Source: Atractiella rhizophila (taxonomy: Eukaryota). Taken from it: DNA of 51,574 nt. A model generated the notes under the pieces. It was not told the DNA's origin and did no database searches. It was given only the letters and a program-made list of their open reading frames with translations. The number at the start of each line of letters is the position of its first letter. Position 1 is the first letter of the stretch. The translations under genes and the position numbers were made by a program. Where the stretch lies: NCBI GenBank assembly GCA_021432655.1, contig MU271509.1:1-51574 (forward strand), written 5' to 3'. Below, in pieces: positions 24,445-36,810 of the stretch.

Positions 24445-26141
24445 ATGGCTGCTCCTCAGATCCCCGAAACGATGACGGCTCTCAAGTATTCTGAGGCCAG
24501 AAATTTCTCTGTCATCGTATGTCATGTTCCTCTGAGCTTCTGGAGGTACAGGGTGTGTCGCGTTGCTGATTCGCACTGTAGAACGTTCCCGTTCCTACGA
24601 TCAAGGATCATGAGCTCCTCGTCAAGGTTAGGGCTTGTGGTGAGTCCCTGTTTCCTCAGGAGGTGGGGGGATGGCGCGCCGAGAAGCTATAAATTTCTGT
24701 CCGCTGCAAGCGACTTTTAGCTTTTCAAGTCCGGAGGACCCTCTCGTCCTCCTGCTTATCGGTTACGCAGTTACTAACTGATTTGGTGCAGGTGTGTGCG
24801 GGACTGACCAGTGAGCGTTATTCCACGCGTCAAATGTACACGCAGCTGAAGGAAGAAAAGGCACATCCACGAGGGAGAATTTATCTCCAAGTTTCCCCTC
24901 ATCCCGGGTCACGAGGTCGTAGGCTCCATTGTCAAGCTTGGAAAAGATGTTAAAGGGTGTGTCTTTTCCACTGCGACGCTAGTTATTCCTCACCGCCAAA
25001 CTGCTTGGTGATAGATTTAACATTGGAGACCGAATCGTCGCTGACGTTGGAGAAACCTGTGGAAACTGTTTCTATTGCGTTCGAGGGAATACTTTGTTCT
25101 GTGAACACTTCAAATCACATGGAGTCAATATCGATGGAGGCTCGTCCATTTTCGCTGCAAAGAAAAGTAATTGCTGATGATCGCTTAGGATTCGCCGACT
25201 ATGCCTCTTTCCCTGCTGAAAAATGTTTCGTGATCAAGAATTTGAGCGATGAGGAGGCGACGCTCGTTGAACCAGGTGCGTCTGATAATTCTATCTATTC
25301 GCCGTACTAAGCGCTTCCATGAAGCTGCTTGCGCGCTCCACGGTCTCGATAAACTTCGTCCCCCGGTCGGCTGCTCCGTTCTCATGATCGGGGCTGGTCC
25401 TACTGGCTTGTGTCTGGCTCAGCTTCTCAAGCTCAATGGAGCAGCTAAGGTCACGCTGGCCGCTAACAAGGGAATGAAGATGGACATTGCGCGCAAGATC
25501 AACGCTGCAGACGAATACATTGACCTTGACAGGAAGGACGCGGAGGCTCAATGGGCGAAGCTCAAGCAGGACAACCCCTACGGATTCGATGTCGTCGTTG
25601 AGGCGACTGGTGTCGAGAGCATCGTCAACAAGGCTATCAACTATGTCAGGAGGGGAGGAACGCTCATGGGTTGGTTTTTCTTGCTTAGGTCGGAGAAGGA
25701 CTTGATGGAATCTGTGCAGTTTACGGTGTTTACGCCGATGCTGCTAGAGTCAGCTGGAGCCCGACGAGGATCTTCAACGATGAGATCAGGTTTGTGCTTT
25801 CCTGGATTTTCTCCCGTCTAGAACATGTGCCTGATGGAAATGGATAGGATCATCGGTTCCTTCTCTCAGACTCACTGCTTCCCGCGAACTGTCGAATATC
25901 TGGAAAGCGGAAAGATCAACGTGAAGGGAATGGTCACCGATGTACGTTTCCTCGTTCCTTCTCCTGTTGAAGGTCCTGATATGGTGACCGTGTAGGTCTT
26001 CTCCATCGAGGACTACCAAAAGGCATTGGACAAGATGGCGTCCAGGCAATGGTTCGTGTTCACTTCTTCCTGCTAGCGTCAGGTTGACAGAATTGTTGCA
26101 GCTTGAAAATTGCGGTCAAACCCAAAGGAGCCAGCTCTTAA
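24445..26141 (+). CDS. Zn-dependent medium-chain polyol dehydrogenase, similar to rust-fungus NADP-dependent D-arabitol dehydrogenase
   Basis: [20 protein letters not shown], structural Zn motif CGNCFYC...[30 protein letters not shown]. About 10 introns. Confidence 0.88.
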
Positions 26142-26771
26142 AGGGTAATGTGAATGAATACAGAACTGAGATCCTCGAAGATCCCTGTGTATCACCTTGT
26201 AGACACGCAATCTGATTCTCTGTGCCCATTACAGCTTCCTCAGTCAATTCACTGGTATTCTCAGCTCGTTACAATTCGGCGTGAGGGGATCGATGTGGTC
26301 CATTCCGTCTTCCCGACTGCTCCCTCGCATTCTCATCATCCGTAGCACTCATTCAATTCACCGCCGTGACCCCCTCACCACCGTCACTGCCACCTAGCCA
26401 GCCGAAAGACTCCTTCCACGGTGCATCATGCATCATGCGTCAATGGTCGACGACAGATTTGACCCAGCAACATGTTTGGCTCACTCACACAAGCATTGAC
26501 CCCAGCTTCCTTGTCACACGTCAAAATAAAAGGGAGAACAGTTAACGATGTCGCCCCTTCAAGTTTGGATTCTAAACTGTTCTAAAATACTTTAGAAAAC
26601 TATTACAACCTATTGCGTTTCAGGGTAGCTATATCACTGCCTTGAATTCAGGAAGCCTACACATTTTCAGTGAAAAGTATTGACAGCTTGACGTTTAGAA
26701 GGTGCGAACACCATAACTTTCAGGTGCGTACTCGAAAGGAAGTATGAGCTAAGAAAGATGAGTTGTGCAGG

Positions 26772-28130
26772 ATGCCCGTTTCCCCAGCACTGCCAGGGAT
26801 TCCAGACGACATTGTTGTGCTGATATTCTCTTCCCTCTCCAACGAGTACCTCGCAAGATGCTGTCGTGTTTGTCGGCCTTGGAACGCTATCGCGCAGCCT
26901 ATGCTGGATCGAAGACGTGTCTTCACGTTCTCTGCTGTGGAAGGGAACGACGATTGGGAACGGAGGCAACTGGAGCACCAGAGCCGGCTGATCCACCCTT
27001 CCAATATGGGGAACGTCCGTCATTTGGTTCTGTCAAACCCAGTGATCACAAGTGAGCGCATCATGAAGGACAATGCGAGCTTTACTTTGATGTTTCGAGT
27101 CTTACACGATGTTGCTCCGTATCTGGCATCACTCCGCATCGGAGGATTCAACTTTGCCGCACTGGATAGCTCATTTACTTTCCCCCCGGTGCCTATGCTG
27201 AAAAGTTTGACGATTGACAATACTCATTCGAAACTCCCCTTGGAACTCGATAAAAGTTTGCCTCACTTTCCTATCAGCAACCAACTGCGCTACCTCGTCC
27301 TCCCACTGATTAGCCAGCTTTCAGCACATCTTCTGTCATCTTCCGTCCTCACTCGCCTGGAGGTGACAACTCAAAGCGGGGACCTTGACGAAGAGGCGAA
27401 CAAGAGAATCAGCTGTCTGCCGTGCTTGAAAAAGCTCAAATGGGGTTTCAGGGCGCCGCCGACTAACTGTGTCCTTCCGATCTCCATCACTGACCTCACA
27501 CTTCGTTCTGTGTCCGAAACCGACAAACCCGTCCTTTGGTCCATCCAGGATGCTTTCCCCAACTTTCCTGATCTCTCAAACCTTTCTTCTTTGGTCCTCG
27601 GCCATTTTCTTCCTTTACCTTCCAATTTTCCACCGTGCCAATTCCAGCTCTCGAAATTGCACATTGGTGAGAAGATCGAGCACCAAGACAGTATCGTCAC
27701 ACTTTTGGACGCCTCTGCCGTGTCTTTGGTCGACTTTCGAATCTCAGCCACAAGCCTCCAGGACCTTCGCCAGCTTCTTTATTTCTTTTGCGGGGGACGA
27801 AACAACTCCAGTCCGACATTTGTTGACGTTTTCAAAGTGTTAAACTCTCGACTGAGGAATGTACACATTAACGTGTCCACTTATAAGTGGACAGAGTTTG
27901 AAGTGCGAGGGAATTTTAACGCTGGCGAATTGCGATTTCGCTCTAGTGACATCACGGGAGAGACCGAATTTGCAGCTGGGCTGAATTCCGCTATCATGGA
28001 AGGACTGCTACCGAGTTTGAAGGAAGTTTCGATCCCGGTTGAGGTTGAAAGGGACACACTGAAAACACTCGACGGTTTAAAAGAGAAGCATCAAATCAAA
28101 GTTACAAGTAGGTCCTTTTTTGACGTATGA
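26772..28130 (+). CDS. F-box protein with Leu-rich repeat-like C-terminus (intronless)
   Basis: LPGIPDDIVVLIFSSLSNEYLARCCRVCRPWNAIAQPML F-box pattern and repeated LxxLxL segments. Confidence 0.8.
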   Translation: MPVSPALPGIPDDIVVLIFSSLSNEYLARCCRVCRPWNAIAQPMLDRRRVFTFSAVEGNDDWERRQLEHQSRLIHPSNMGNVRHLVLSNPVITSERIMKDNASFTLMFRVLHDVAPYLASLRIGGFNFAALDSSFTFPPVPMLKSLTIDNTHSKLPLELDKSLPHFPISNQLRYLVLPLISQLSAHLLSSSVLTRLEVTTQSGDLDEEANKRISCLPCLKKLKWGFRAPPTNCVLPISITDLTLRSVSETDKPVLWSIQDAFPNFPDLSNLSSLVLGHFLPLPSNFPPCQFQLSKLHIGEKIEHQDSIVTLLDASAVSLVDFRISATSLQDLRQLLYFFCGGRNNSSPTFVDVFKVLNSRLRNVHINVSTYKWTEFEVRGNFNAGELRFRSSDITGETEFAAGLNSAIMEGLLPSLKEVSIPVEVERDTLKTLDGLKEKHQIKVTSRSFFDV

Positions 28131-28904
28131 ACAGAAGTACTGATCATTATACATTTGGTCCGATTCTGAAGAGTACCGTGTGCGCTCGTCGACCCCTATA
28201 AGATTTCGAAATGGCTGGATGTAGTTCTGATTCTTCGCCTGACAGCAATTCATTAATATTCATCTTTCATTGCCATTGTCTCCTCCAGAAGTTTAAGTTG
28301 GCTACACCAACCCTTGTCTGTCCCCTTCAACTTTGTACTCTCTTCCCTTGCAAAATCCAATTTAATCCCCAAACCGGACTGCGTTCTTGTAACAAAGAAG
28401 AAAAATGGGAAGTGCGTGGTGAATACTGTTAGGAGCAACAGGCACAAATGCTTCCTTCCCTTCCTTTTCCTTCCTAACGACTCGTAACAACGAAACGAGG
28501 CTAGATCTACAAAAGCAACGCGACACAAGGCCAATCCAAGGCAATCCTTTAATTTAACGCGCGTCAACGTGTTTGCGGCGAATAGGAACGGGAGCAAATT
28601 CCGCAGATAAAAGAAGGTCCGTGGTGGCGTAAAAATCCCTCAGTCCCTTGACTGTTCCACTTGGATCATCGGCCCTTGACTCTTTCTTTCGTTGTTCTAC
28701 CTTCCTTGTCGCCCCCAATCCTTCGAGCATCTCGATCGCTACCTATAAAACTTGAAGCAAGCAGACTTCGACCATATCCCATCAGAAGGAACTTCGATAG
28801 TTTAACTCGGATACCGAATTTCGCTCAGGAAGACGACTTTTCTTTTGATCTCCTCTACTTTCGTGCTTTGAACCTAGCTTTCAAACCTCAGAATCGATTT
28901 CAAG

Positions 28905-30454
28905 ATGTTGTCCGGAAAAACCGTTTTCTCTCTCGCCACTCTCCTTGCCGTTGTGAACGCACACGGATTCATCAGCTTCGCTGTACGTTTCTCCTTTCGT
29001 TGTGTCTGTCAAAGGGAGCGGAAAGGTTGAGTCTGGCGTGGCATAGAAATCCGACCTCCAAGATATGCAGAAAGCGCAAAAGACCGATCTTAGCTCGTCT
29101 GCTTGGAGGGCTGTTCCCGATAACACTGGCTGGATCGGAGCTAAGTTCCTTACCAACGAAGCCATCGCTTGTGGAAGCTCTACCACCCCTTTCGGTACCG
29201 TTGCCTCCCCTGGTGGACGTCAGTTCGCCGAGTCCAATCAGAGTGCTGGAAAGCACATGGCCGTCAAGGCTGGTGGAAAGGTTACCCTTGTGGTTAGCGG
29301 AAACCCCGGTACGTCACTTGCGATTTTCCCAGCATGTGGCGAGTGGTATTGAAGAGTCGGATCGCTTGTAGGTGAAGGATGGCCCCATCCCAAAGGCCAC
29401 GTCCAGACTTACATGGCGGACTGTGGAGATTCTTGTGTTGGGAAGGATGCTACAACCTTGAACTTCTTCAAGATTCAATCAGAGAAAAACGGAATTCAGA
29501 ACACTCTTCGTGCGGGCGGCGTCAACTCCCAGTTCGATGGTAACCTTTACAGTGTTGCCATTCCCGCCGGCCTGAAGAACGGAAAATATCTTATGAGGTA
29601 CGAACTTATCGCCTTTGGCCAGAGCAGTGGTGCCGAGGGAGGACAAGATCAATATGTATGCCTTCTTCTGCCCTTCTTCCTGGTTGCTAAAAGCCAATGT
29701 CTCTTCCAATCAGTATCCCTTCTGTGCCCAACTTGACGTTCAGGATGGGACTGGAGCTATTAACTTGAACAACATCGAGACTGTCAAATTCCCGGGTGCT
29801 TATCAGAACGGAAACATCGACCAAAACACCGTTCCTGGACCCGCTGTCATTAATGCTGCTTCATCTGGATCGTCTTCTGGATCTTCATCCAACAATGGCG
29901 ATAATTCCAACGGCGGCGACTCTTCCGTCTCCACTGGCTCCGACAACAACGGAGGATCCCAAACTTCGACTGACTCTGGAGACAACTCTACAGGCAATGA
30001 TTCTTCTGACGATGAAGGAGACTGCACCGATGTTGAAGGCCCCATTACTCTCTCTGGCGTCTCCGACTGTGCCAACATGTGTCTCTCGATCAAATTCTCG
30101 GAAGCTGGATCCCTTGCCCCATCGTGCTCTCTCGATGGAGATGCTAACTGCTTCTGCTCTACCTCCTCCTTCACTGGTGCCTTTGCCCAATGCTTGAGCG
30201 ATAACTGTTCCGCCTCTGAAGCCTCGAAGGCCGTCGATGCGATGTCGAGCACTTGTGGTAATGCGGCTAGGAAAGCAGTGAAGGCGAGGATGATGATCAA
30301 GAAGCGACACGCTCGATCCGTCGCTTCTCACTCCAAGAGGGCCCACCCGACTTCTCACCGTGTGAAGAGGTCCACCATCCAAGCTGATCGTGGTCTCTTC
30401 GAGGATGTCGTCGTACGACGTCTTGCTCGGTCCGTCGCTCGTGAGCAATCGTAG
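28905..30454 (+). CDS. AA9-type lytic polysaccharide monooxygenase fused to a C-terminal CFEM domain
   Basis: 19-aa signal peptide then His1 (HGFISFA). AA9 motifs AIACG, VKAGGKVT, TYMADCGDSC...FFKI, IPAGLKNGKYLMRYELIA, QYYPFCAQLDV, VKFPGAY, VPGPAV. S/G/D/N linker. 8-Cys CFEM at 30068-30256. Three introns. Confidence 0.88.
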
Positions 30455-30868
30455 ACCCCTTCCTCTCCTCCATCGTCATTAGCAGTCGTCGTTCTTCTGT
30501 TTTGGGTCGTCGTCTTAGCATTTTCGTCTTCGTTACTTTTCACGCTTCGTTGCATGTCAATGACCACTAATCGACCACTTGACTGTGGTACGATTTACGA
30601 CTTCTGTTGTTGTCGCTTTTATTACTTGGTTCAAACGAGCCACACATTGAGTTGTGTAGGCTTGATGACCACTGGCATTACTTGACCTTTTCTTTTCTTG
30701 ACGAATTGAAGATTTGCATGCAAGGGTAGTGTCATTCTTTGTAACGCATTTGTAATGCATAACCAATTGGTCTATACACGTTTTTCCACAGGTGAACTCG
30801 TAACTTGAATCGATATTAAACGTGAGCGCATGAAGTATATCACACGGCCACGAAGGAACGAAAAACTG

Positions 30869-31923
30869 TCACTTTTGCGGCTCAGGCACGAAATCCTTGC
30901 TCAAGTCGATACCCTCTACGTTCTTTAAATGGGTATTAGTGATCCTAACTCTCCTGTTATACCTCTTGTCCTTTCCTCCCTTCTTCTTCGCCCCGCCACT
31001 CTTCTTCCTCCCCCCATCAAGCGGTCTGACAGAAACGATGCCCTCCGCCGCCAGCTCAGCAGCCAAGTCGACAGTGGCGGGGAGTGGTAAGGAGCGATAA
31101 ACTTCTTTGAATTCTAGTTAAGAGTGTGGTTGAACATCGTGAAGACAAGGAGAGGTGGCAAAACAAACCTTCGTCAACTTTGTCCACTTTCAAGTCCAAC
31201 AATCCCTGCTGTAACTTGTCAGCAACCTCGTCGAGGAATACGTTCTTCATTTGCCCATTGTTGGGATTGCGGATGACGATTACTTTGCCCTGCTTCTCCA
31301 GGGACTCAATCATGGGTCCCACCTATTGGTCATGCCATCAGTTAAAGGTAGGCATTTCGGAAGGAGGATGTGAGGTTGTTGACGCACTTCTTTGTTGGAG
31401 TCTTTCAGAACCTTCACGCTCTGACCACCTTGGGAGTTTGTCGTTCGTAAAACGTGGAGAAGTGCATTGGCAGTGGGAAGATGATGGTCTGGCTACGCTC
31501 CCATCGTCAGTGGGACTTCAACCGAAACAAACGGACAGAAGGTGGACTGGACGTAGGCGAAAGGAAAGGGTGAGACATACCTTATACCTCCACAGCTCTG
31601 TACGGTCGTCATATATGACTTTCTCGTGATTCCTAAATGCCTCAAACAGATCTTTATTTGTTAGCAAGTCGTCCACGCCTGAGCGTATCGCAAGGTCTTG
31701 TAACCGAATAGGGCCATTTTGATCCTACGTCCACCACGCCGTCAGTGAACAACCACTGGCTATAAAGCTAGAGCTGATAGGGAGGAATGCAGACCTTGAG
31801 ATGCTGAATGGCATAGACCAGCCTTGTCTGTACCAAGTTGCCACTGCCTGTGTCCGCTGGTTGGGAGTAGACCACCCCATTGACGTTGGGCTTTTTCTTC
31901 TTTTTCAGTGGGGGCTGCGACAT
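30869..31923 (-). CDS. TFA2: Transcription initiation factor TFIIE beta subunit
   Basis: VYSQPADTGSG..LVYAIQHLK, winged-helix region WRYK/PDH, C-terminal RVRITNTHL...GIDLSKDF. Confidence 0.9.
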
Positions 31924-32174
31924 CTGTCTGTATTCTAGAAATCCGCAGAGCTGTCCTGAAGCAAAGTGGAAAGAGAAAAATGTCTGGAAAATGGTGACTT
32001 TGTCGTCCCACCGGTTCCGAACTAACTTATAACTGAGCCGAATGCATTTCCCACCTTTGTTGTCACCTCACTATCGCTTAGAAGGGTTAAGCTAGCTGTT
32101 CAGGCTAACACATTCGAGCGCATAATTTACTCCTATGCATTTTAGGTAGGTATACCAGACATTCAATACGTCAA

Positions 32175-35100
32175 TTAAAAGTCACTTCCTTCTATCCTGA
32201 ACACCTGAGCATACTGGAAGTAGCCCTGCATGACCTGCTTCAGGATGCTCTGAGGCAGATTCATGGAGACGAGGTTATTGGAAAATTTGAGAAGTCCTTC
32301 CTGACGGATGAGCTTGAACAGATGATGTGCAACCGCCGTTGGATACTGCTCCCCCTAGTCAGGACAACTGCCCGAAGTGAGTAAAGATGAATGAAACGCA
32401 CAGCCATCTCCATATACCAGCGGTGCTGGTACGTTGACAAGCGGACAGCAGCGTTCAGGGCACGATTCACGTCGCCTTCATCAGCGTAGTATTCCAACAA
32501 CTTCATCCATGCCTTAGCACTGAACTTGAGGTCAAGACACCGTTGATAACTGATGCTTCCTTGAGAATGACTTGGAAAGATTGAAAGACGGGTACTGACG
32601 CATCCTTCGCCTCCTCCTTGTGATACAACCTCTGAGCAAGGTCTCCTAATATCTCCCACTCCGTTCCTGTCTTCTTGTATACCATATGCTGAGCTTTCCA
32701 GTGCGCAACTTCCGCCCTCCATATTGTGTAGACTCTCAAATCCTTTCACAAATTCCATTAATCCTTCTGAGGAAAGCCATAGCAAACGGCATACCTCATA
32801 GATAACCATAAACAAATTATCAAGCCATCTCTCACACAACCTCTTATTGCTGAACGCCAAACTCGACGGCGTGCTCTTCAGCCCATTGACCTCCTTCTGA
32901 GTCTCAGCAAGGCTCTCCTTCGTCCCATCTTGCGCTACAATCTGTGGTTTCGCCAAGCCAGGAGCTTCGCCCCCTAAACTAGTCTTCGGTTCCTCCTCCT
33001 CCCCTTTCTCCTGCTCCTCGGAAGAGATAGTGATGGTAGGTATCGACTGACCAGACGGCGTCCGCTCTACCCCCGGTCTCGGGGTAGGGGAAGGGGATTG
33101 CGACCCATTTGGCTCCTCAGGCAGCGGATCCTCCTCCTCCTCCTTCTTGTGAACAGCACGTGTGGAAGCTGCATCGTCTTCATCTTCGTCATCGTGCTCC
33201 TTCCTCGTCCCATTGCCATTGATGATAGGTTTATCTTCCCCCTCCGGCTCTCCCTGTTTTGCCTTCTGAAGTCTATACTCCTCTTCCATCACAAACACAT
33301 AGCTCCTACACTTGAGTAACTCATCCCATCCAATGCAGCTGACCAGCTTGGTTAGCAGGATGTACGCTTTCGAGAATGTACCGCGGAGAGTTCCTCCTCC
33401 TCCCCTTTCTCCTGCTCCTCGGAAGAGATAGTGATGGTAGGTATCGACTGACCAGACGGCGTCCGCTCTACCCCCGGTCTCGGGGTAGGCGAAGGGGATT
33501 GCGACCCATTTGGCTCCTCAGGCAGCGGATCCTCCTCCTCCTCCTTCTTGTGAACAGCACGTGTGGAAGCTGCATCGTCTTCATCTTCGTCATCGTGCTC
33601 CTTCCTCGTCCCATTGCCATTGATGATAGGTTTATCTTCCCCATCCGGCTCTCCCTGTTTTGCCTTCTGAAGTCTATACTCCTCTTCCATCACAAACACA
33701 TAGCTCCTACACTTGAGTAACTCATCCCATCCAATGCAGCTGACCAGCTTGGTTAGCAGGATGTACGCTTTCGAGAATGTACCGCGGAGACCAGGGGCGG
33801 GGAGGCGCAGGAGAGTGATGTCTGCTTCATTGTCCCTTGCGCTGTCGTCGTCAAGAATACCCGATTCAGAGATGAAAGTTTTTGTGGGTAGGTGGGTGCG
33901 GGCAGGTGTTGGCATGCGATGAAGATCTCGTTCGTTGTAGGTGAACATAGGGCAGGAGTTGAGCGTCAACAGAGCCTGTCAAAAGCTCAATCCCTGTGCT
34001 TTCTTAATGACGATTAGACTGGCGCACCTCATGATAATGCCCCATCTCGATATGTACCTCTGTAAGCTTCGCCCAAGTGACAAACTCGCTTGGTGCACAA
34101 TTGACAGCCTGCCCTCCCATCTCGTGAGTATACTCTCATCACGGTGCAACAAACAGCTCCAACGCACATGCTTAGCAAGAGTGAGAGCCCAATCCATCTT
34201 CCCTTTGCTTCGGAGATAGTCGACTTGGACATGCAAAAGTGCGTAACTCTGTGAATGTTGCGTCATGGCCCTATTCAGAATCTGAACAGCTTTCACTTCT
34301 TCGTCTACAACCAGTTCCTTAGTTCTTGCTCACGAAGCACTGACTGAGAACCGACTTACTCATGCCGAGATAAGCCTTCGCTAACAATGCAGCAACTTCG
34401 CCATCCTTTATCACTAGCTTCTCGAAGAGGTTCACCGCCGGTTCCCAACTATACATTCGTTCTCATAATTAATGGCAAACCCTGAAGATGGCTAGGTGCT
34501 CGTACCGGAAAGAGTCCCCGAAATATTTGAGAACACCTTTGGTTAAATGATTCTCAACTGTCGTTGCGACCTGAATTTCCGGCTCACTTCCCAACTGCCA
34601 GCCTATGTTCACATTAATTTCAGCTATGCCGCTTCCTTCATTAAATCCTCGGGAGAGCGGACCTTTAAAGAAGCAGCTTTCGACTGCAGCAAGAAACCTC
34701 TGCTCCGCCTCAAGAGTAGGGAGAGGGTCCAGTTTGCGGAAGCCTGCCAAACGGTAGTTGGTATCGTCGGCGTAGAGGATGGATCGTAACACTGCAGAAA
34801 GGTAGGTTTCTTGCCATAGCGAGGGCGTAGCCTCATGCCTTTCTCCAGCAGCACATTACTTCTCCATCATATCATAGTAGGCCAAGAGCACCGTACCTTT
34901 CACCTCGCAAGTCAACGACGTACGCCTCCACACCGCCCGGAATCTTCACTTCGACTCGAAGGTCCACCCGAGAGAAAGCATTATAGGCACAATAACACCC
35001 AAACTTGATCTTCCACCCCTTTCCCTGTCCTCCCCAGCCTCCCTTCTCAGCATTCAGCGACAGACTATAGGTGAGCGAGTTGATGTAGGCTGCGAGTGAC

Positions 35101-35628
35101 GCGGAGGAGGAACAGTCGAGTCCAGAAACGTAGTGGTATGAGCCGATGTCCTTGTGGACATTCTGCGAGGCTTTGGAAAGAGGTGTCTTGATTACTTGAC
35201 AAAGATCTGGTGGGCCTAATTCCCGAAAGGTGGAGAGGGTCTCGGAACGTGAGTTGAGCGATTCAAAGACATCAACCTAGTTCCATAGGTAGCCAGTCAG
35301 TATTTGCTCCACCACGCAAACAGTTACGGCGCTACTGAAATAAATGCATTATGATACAAAACCACAACCAAGGTTCGACATGACACCTCACACAGTAATT
35401 GCTGCATTCCGCTTCAAGGCAGCCACACAGCCTAGGAGTTATCAGAATGTTAATGGCTTTTTATGAAATCTCTCTTCTTCATACAGTACCAAGTCCACAA
35501 CTACGACACACCCAAAACTGGCACATCTTGAAAGTTCCATCCGCCTCTCACAGAACCCGAATTGAGGCCAGAGAACAGGAAGAGCTCACCTCAAAAAACT
35601 CTGGAACATCCTTCAGCGTGTCTGCCAT
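32175..35628 (-). CDS. ChAPs family exomer cargo adaptor (Bud7/Bch1-like), interrupted by a 401-bp duplication
   Basis: MADTLKDVPEFFE / FRELGPPDLC, SYHYVSGLDCSSSASLAAYINSL, YNAFSRVDLRVEVKIPGGV, TLNSCPMF, IGWDELLKCRSYVFVMEEEYR, KRLCERWLDNLFMVIYE. Confidence 0.93.
32989..33790. repeat. Tandem duplication of 401 bp (32989-33389 and 33390-33790) inside a ChAPs exon
   Basis: Copies differ at two positions that I could see. Length is not a multiple of 3. Confidence 0.95.
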
Positions 35629-36810
35629 ATCAGCTTATCCCCTTCTAAGCCTGTCCAGATAGCCACACTATAGCCCTACACTGAGGGTAAGATACACCAA
35701 AAAGCCTTCACCGTCGTTTCGTCGGATCCGTTACGTGTAAGTCAACCCAGGGGGCCTACCAAGTCTGCCTGACGCGTTTTGGTGTTGTTCGAGGTGGTTC
35801 ATGTGTTTGGGTGGCAATGAAAGGATGTACGGAGCAGGGAAATGTTTACATGGAGTAATTGGGTGGACAAAGGTTGTTCGTAATCCACCCGAGAGAAAGC
35901 ATTATAGGCACAATAACACCCGAACTTGATCTTCCACCCCTTTCCTTGTCCTCCCCAGCCTCCTTTCTCAGCATTCAGCGACAGACTATAGGTGAGCGAG
36001 TTGATATAGGCTGCGAGTGACGCGGAGGAGGAACAGTCGAGTCCAGAAACGTAGTGGTATGAGCCGATGTCCTTGTGGACATTCTGTGAGGCTTTGGAAA
36101 GAGGTGTCTTGATTACTTGACAAAGATCTGGTGGGCCTAATTCCCGAAAGGTGGAGAGGGTCTCGGAACGTGAGTTGAGCGATTCAAAGACGTCAACCTA
36201 GTTCCATAGATAGCCAGTCAGTATTTGCTCCACTACGCAAACCGTTACGGAGCTACTGAAAATAAAAGCATAATGATAGAAAACCACAACCAGAGTTCGA
36301 CATGACACTCCCACATGAAATGCTGCATTCCCACCTCCAGGCAGTCATAGGGAGTTATCACAACGTTAAAGGCGTTTTATAAGATCTCTCGAGTTCACAC
36401 GGAATCAAGTCTACAACTACGACACACCCAAAACTGGCACATCTTGAAAGTTCCATCCGCCTCTTCACAGAACCCGAATTGAGGACTGAGAACAGGAAGA
36501 GCTCACCTCGAAAAACTCTGGAACATCCTTCAGCGTATCCGCCATATCAGCTTATCCACTTCTAAGACTGTCCAGATAGCCACACTATAGCCCTACACTG
36601 AGGGTAAGATACACCAAAATGCCTTCACCGTCGTTTCGTCGGATCCGTTACGTGTAAGTCAACCCAGGGGGCCTACCAAGTCTGCCTGACGCGTTTTGCT
36701 GTTGTTCGAGGTGGTTCAAGTGTTTGGGTGGTGATGAAAGGAGATACGCAGCAGGGCGAGAGCAGGGAAATGTTTACATGGAGTAATTGGGTGGACAAAG
36801 GTTCTTCGTA
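34963..36810. repeat. Tandem duplication of about 0.92 kb (34963-35883 and 35884-36810) covering the ChAPs promoter, exon 1, intron 1 and part of exon 2
   Basis: Exons nearly identical, intron 1 much more diverged, second ATG at 36545. Confidence 0.95.

Larger units (their letters stand above)
15549..24763. repeat. Tandem duplication, unit about 4.6 kb (15549-20154 and 20155-24763)
   Basis: Collinear near-identical copies. The junction ...CTTATCGGTA|ACTGAGCGGAC joins a dehydrogenase intron to an RPS26 exon. Confidence 0.97.
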
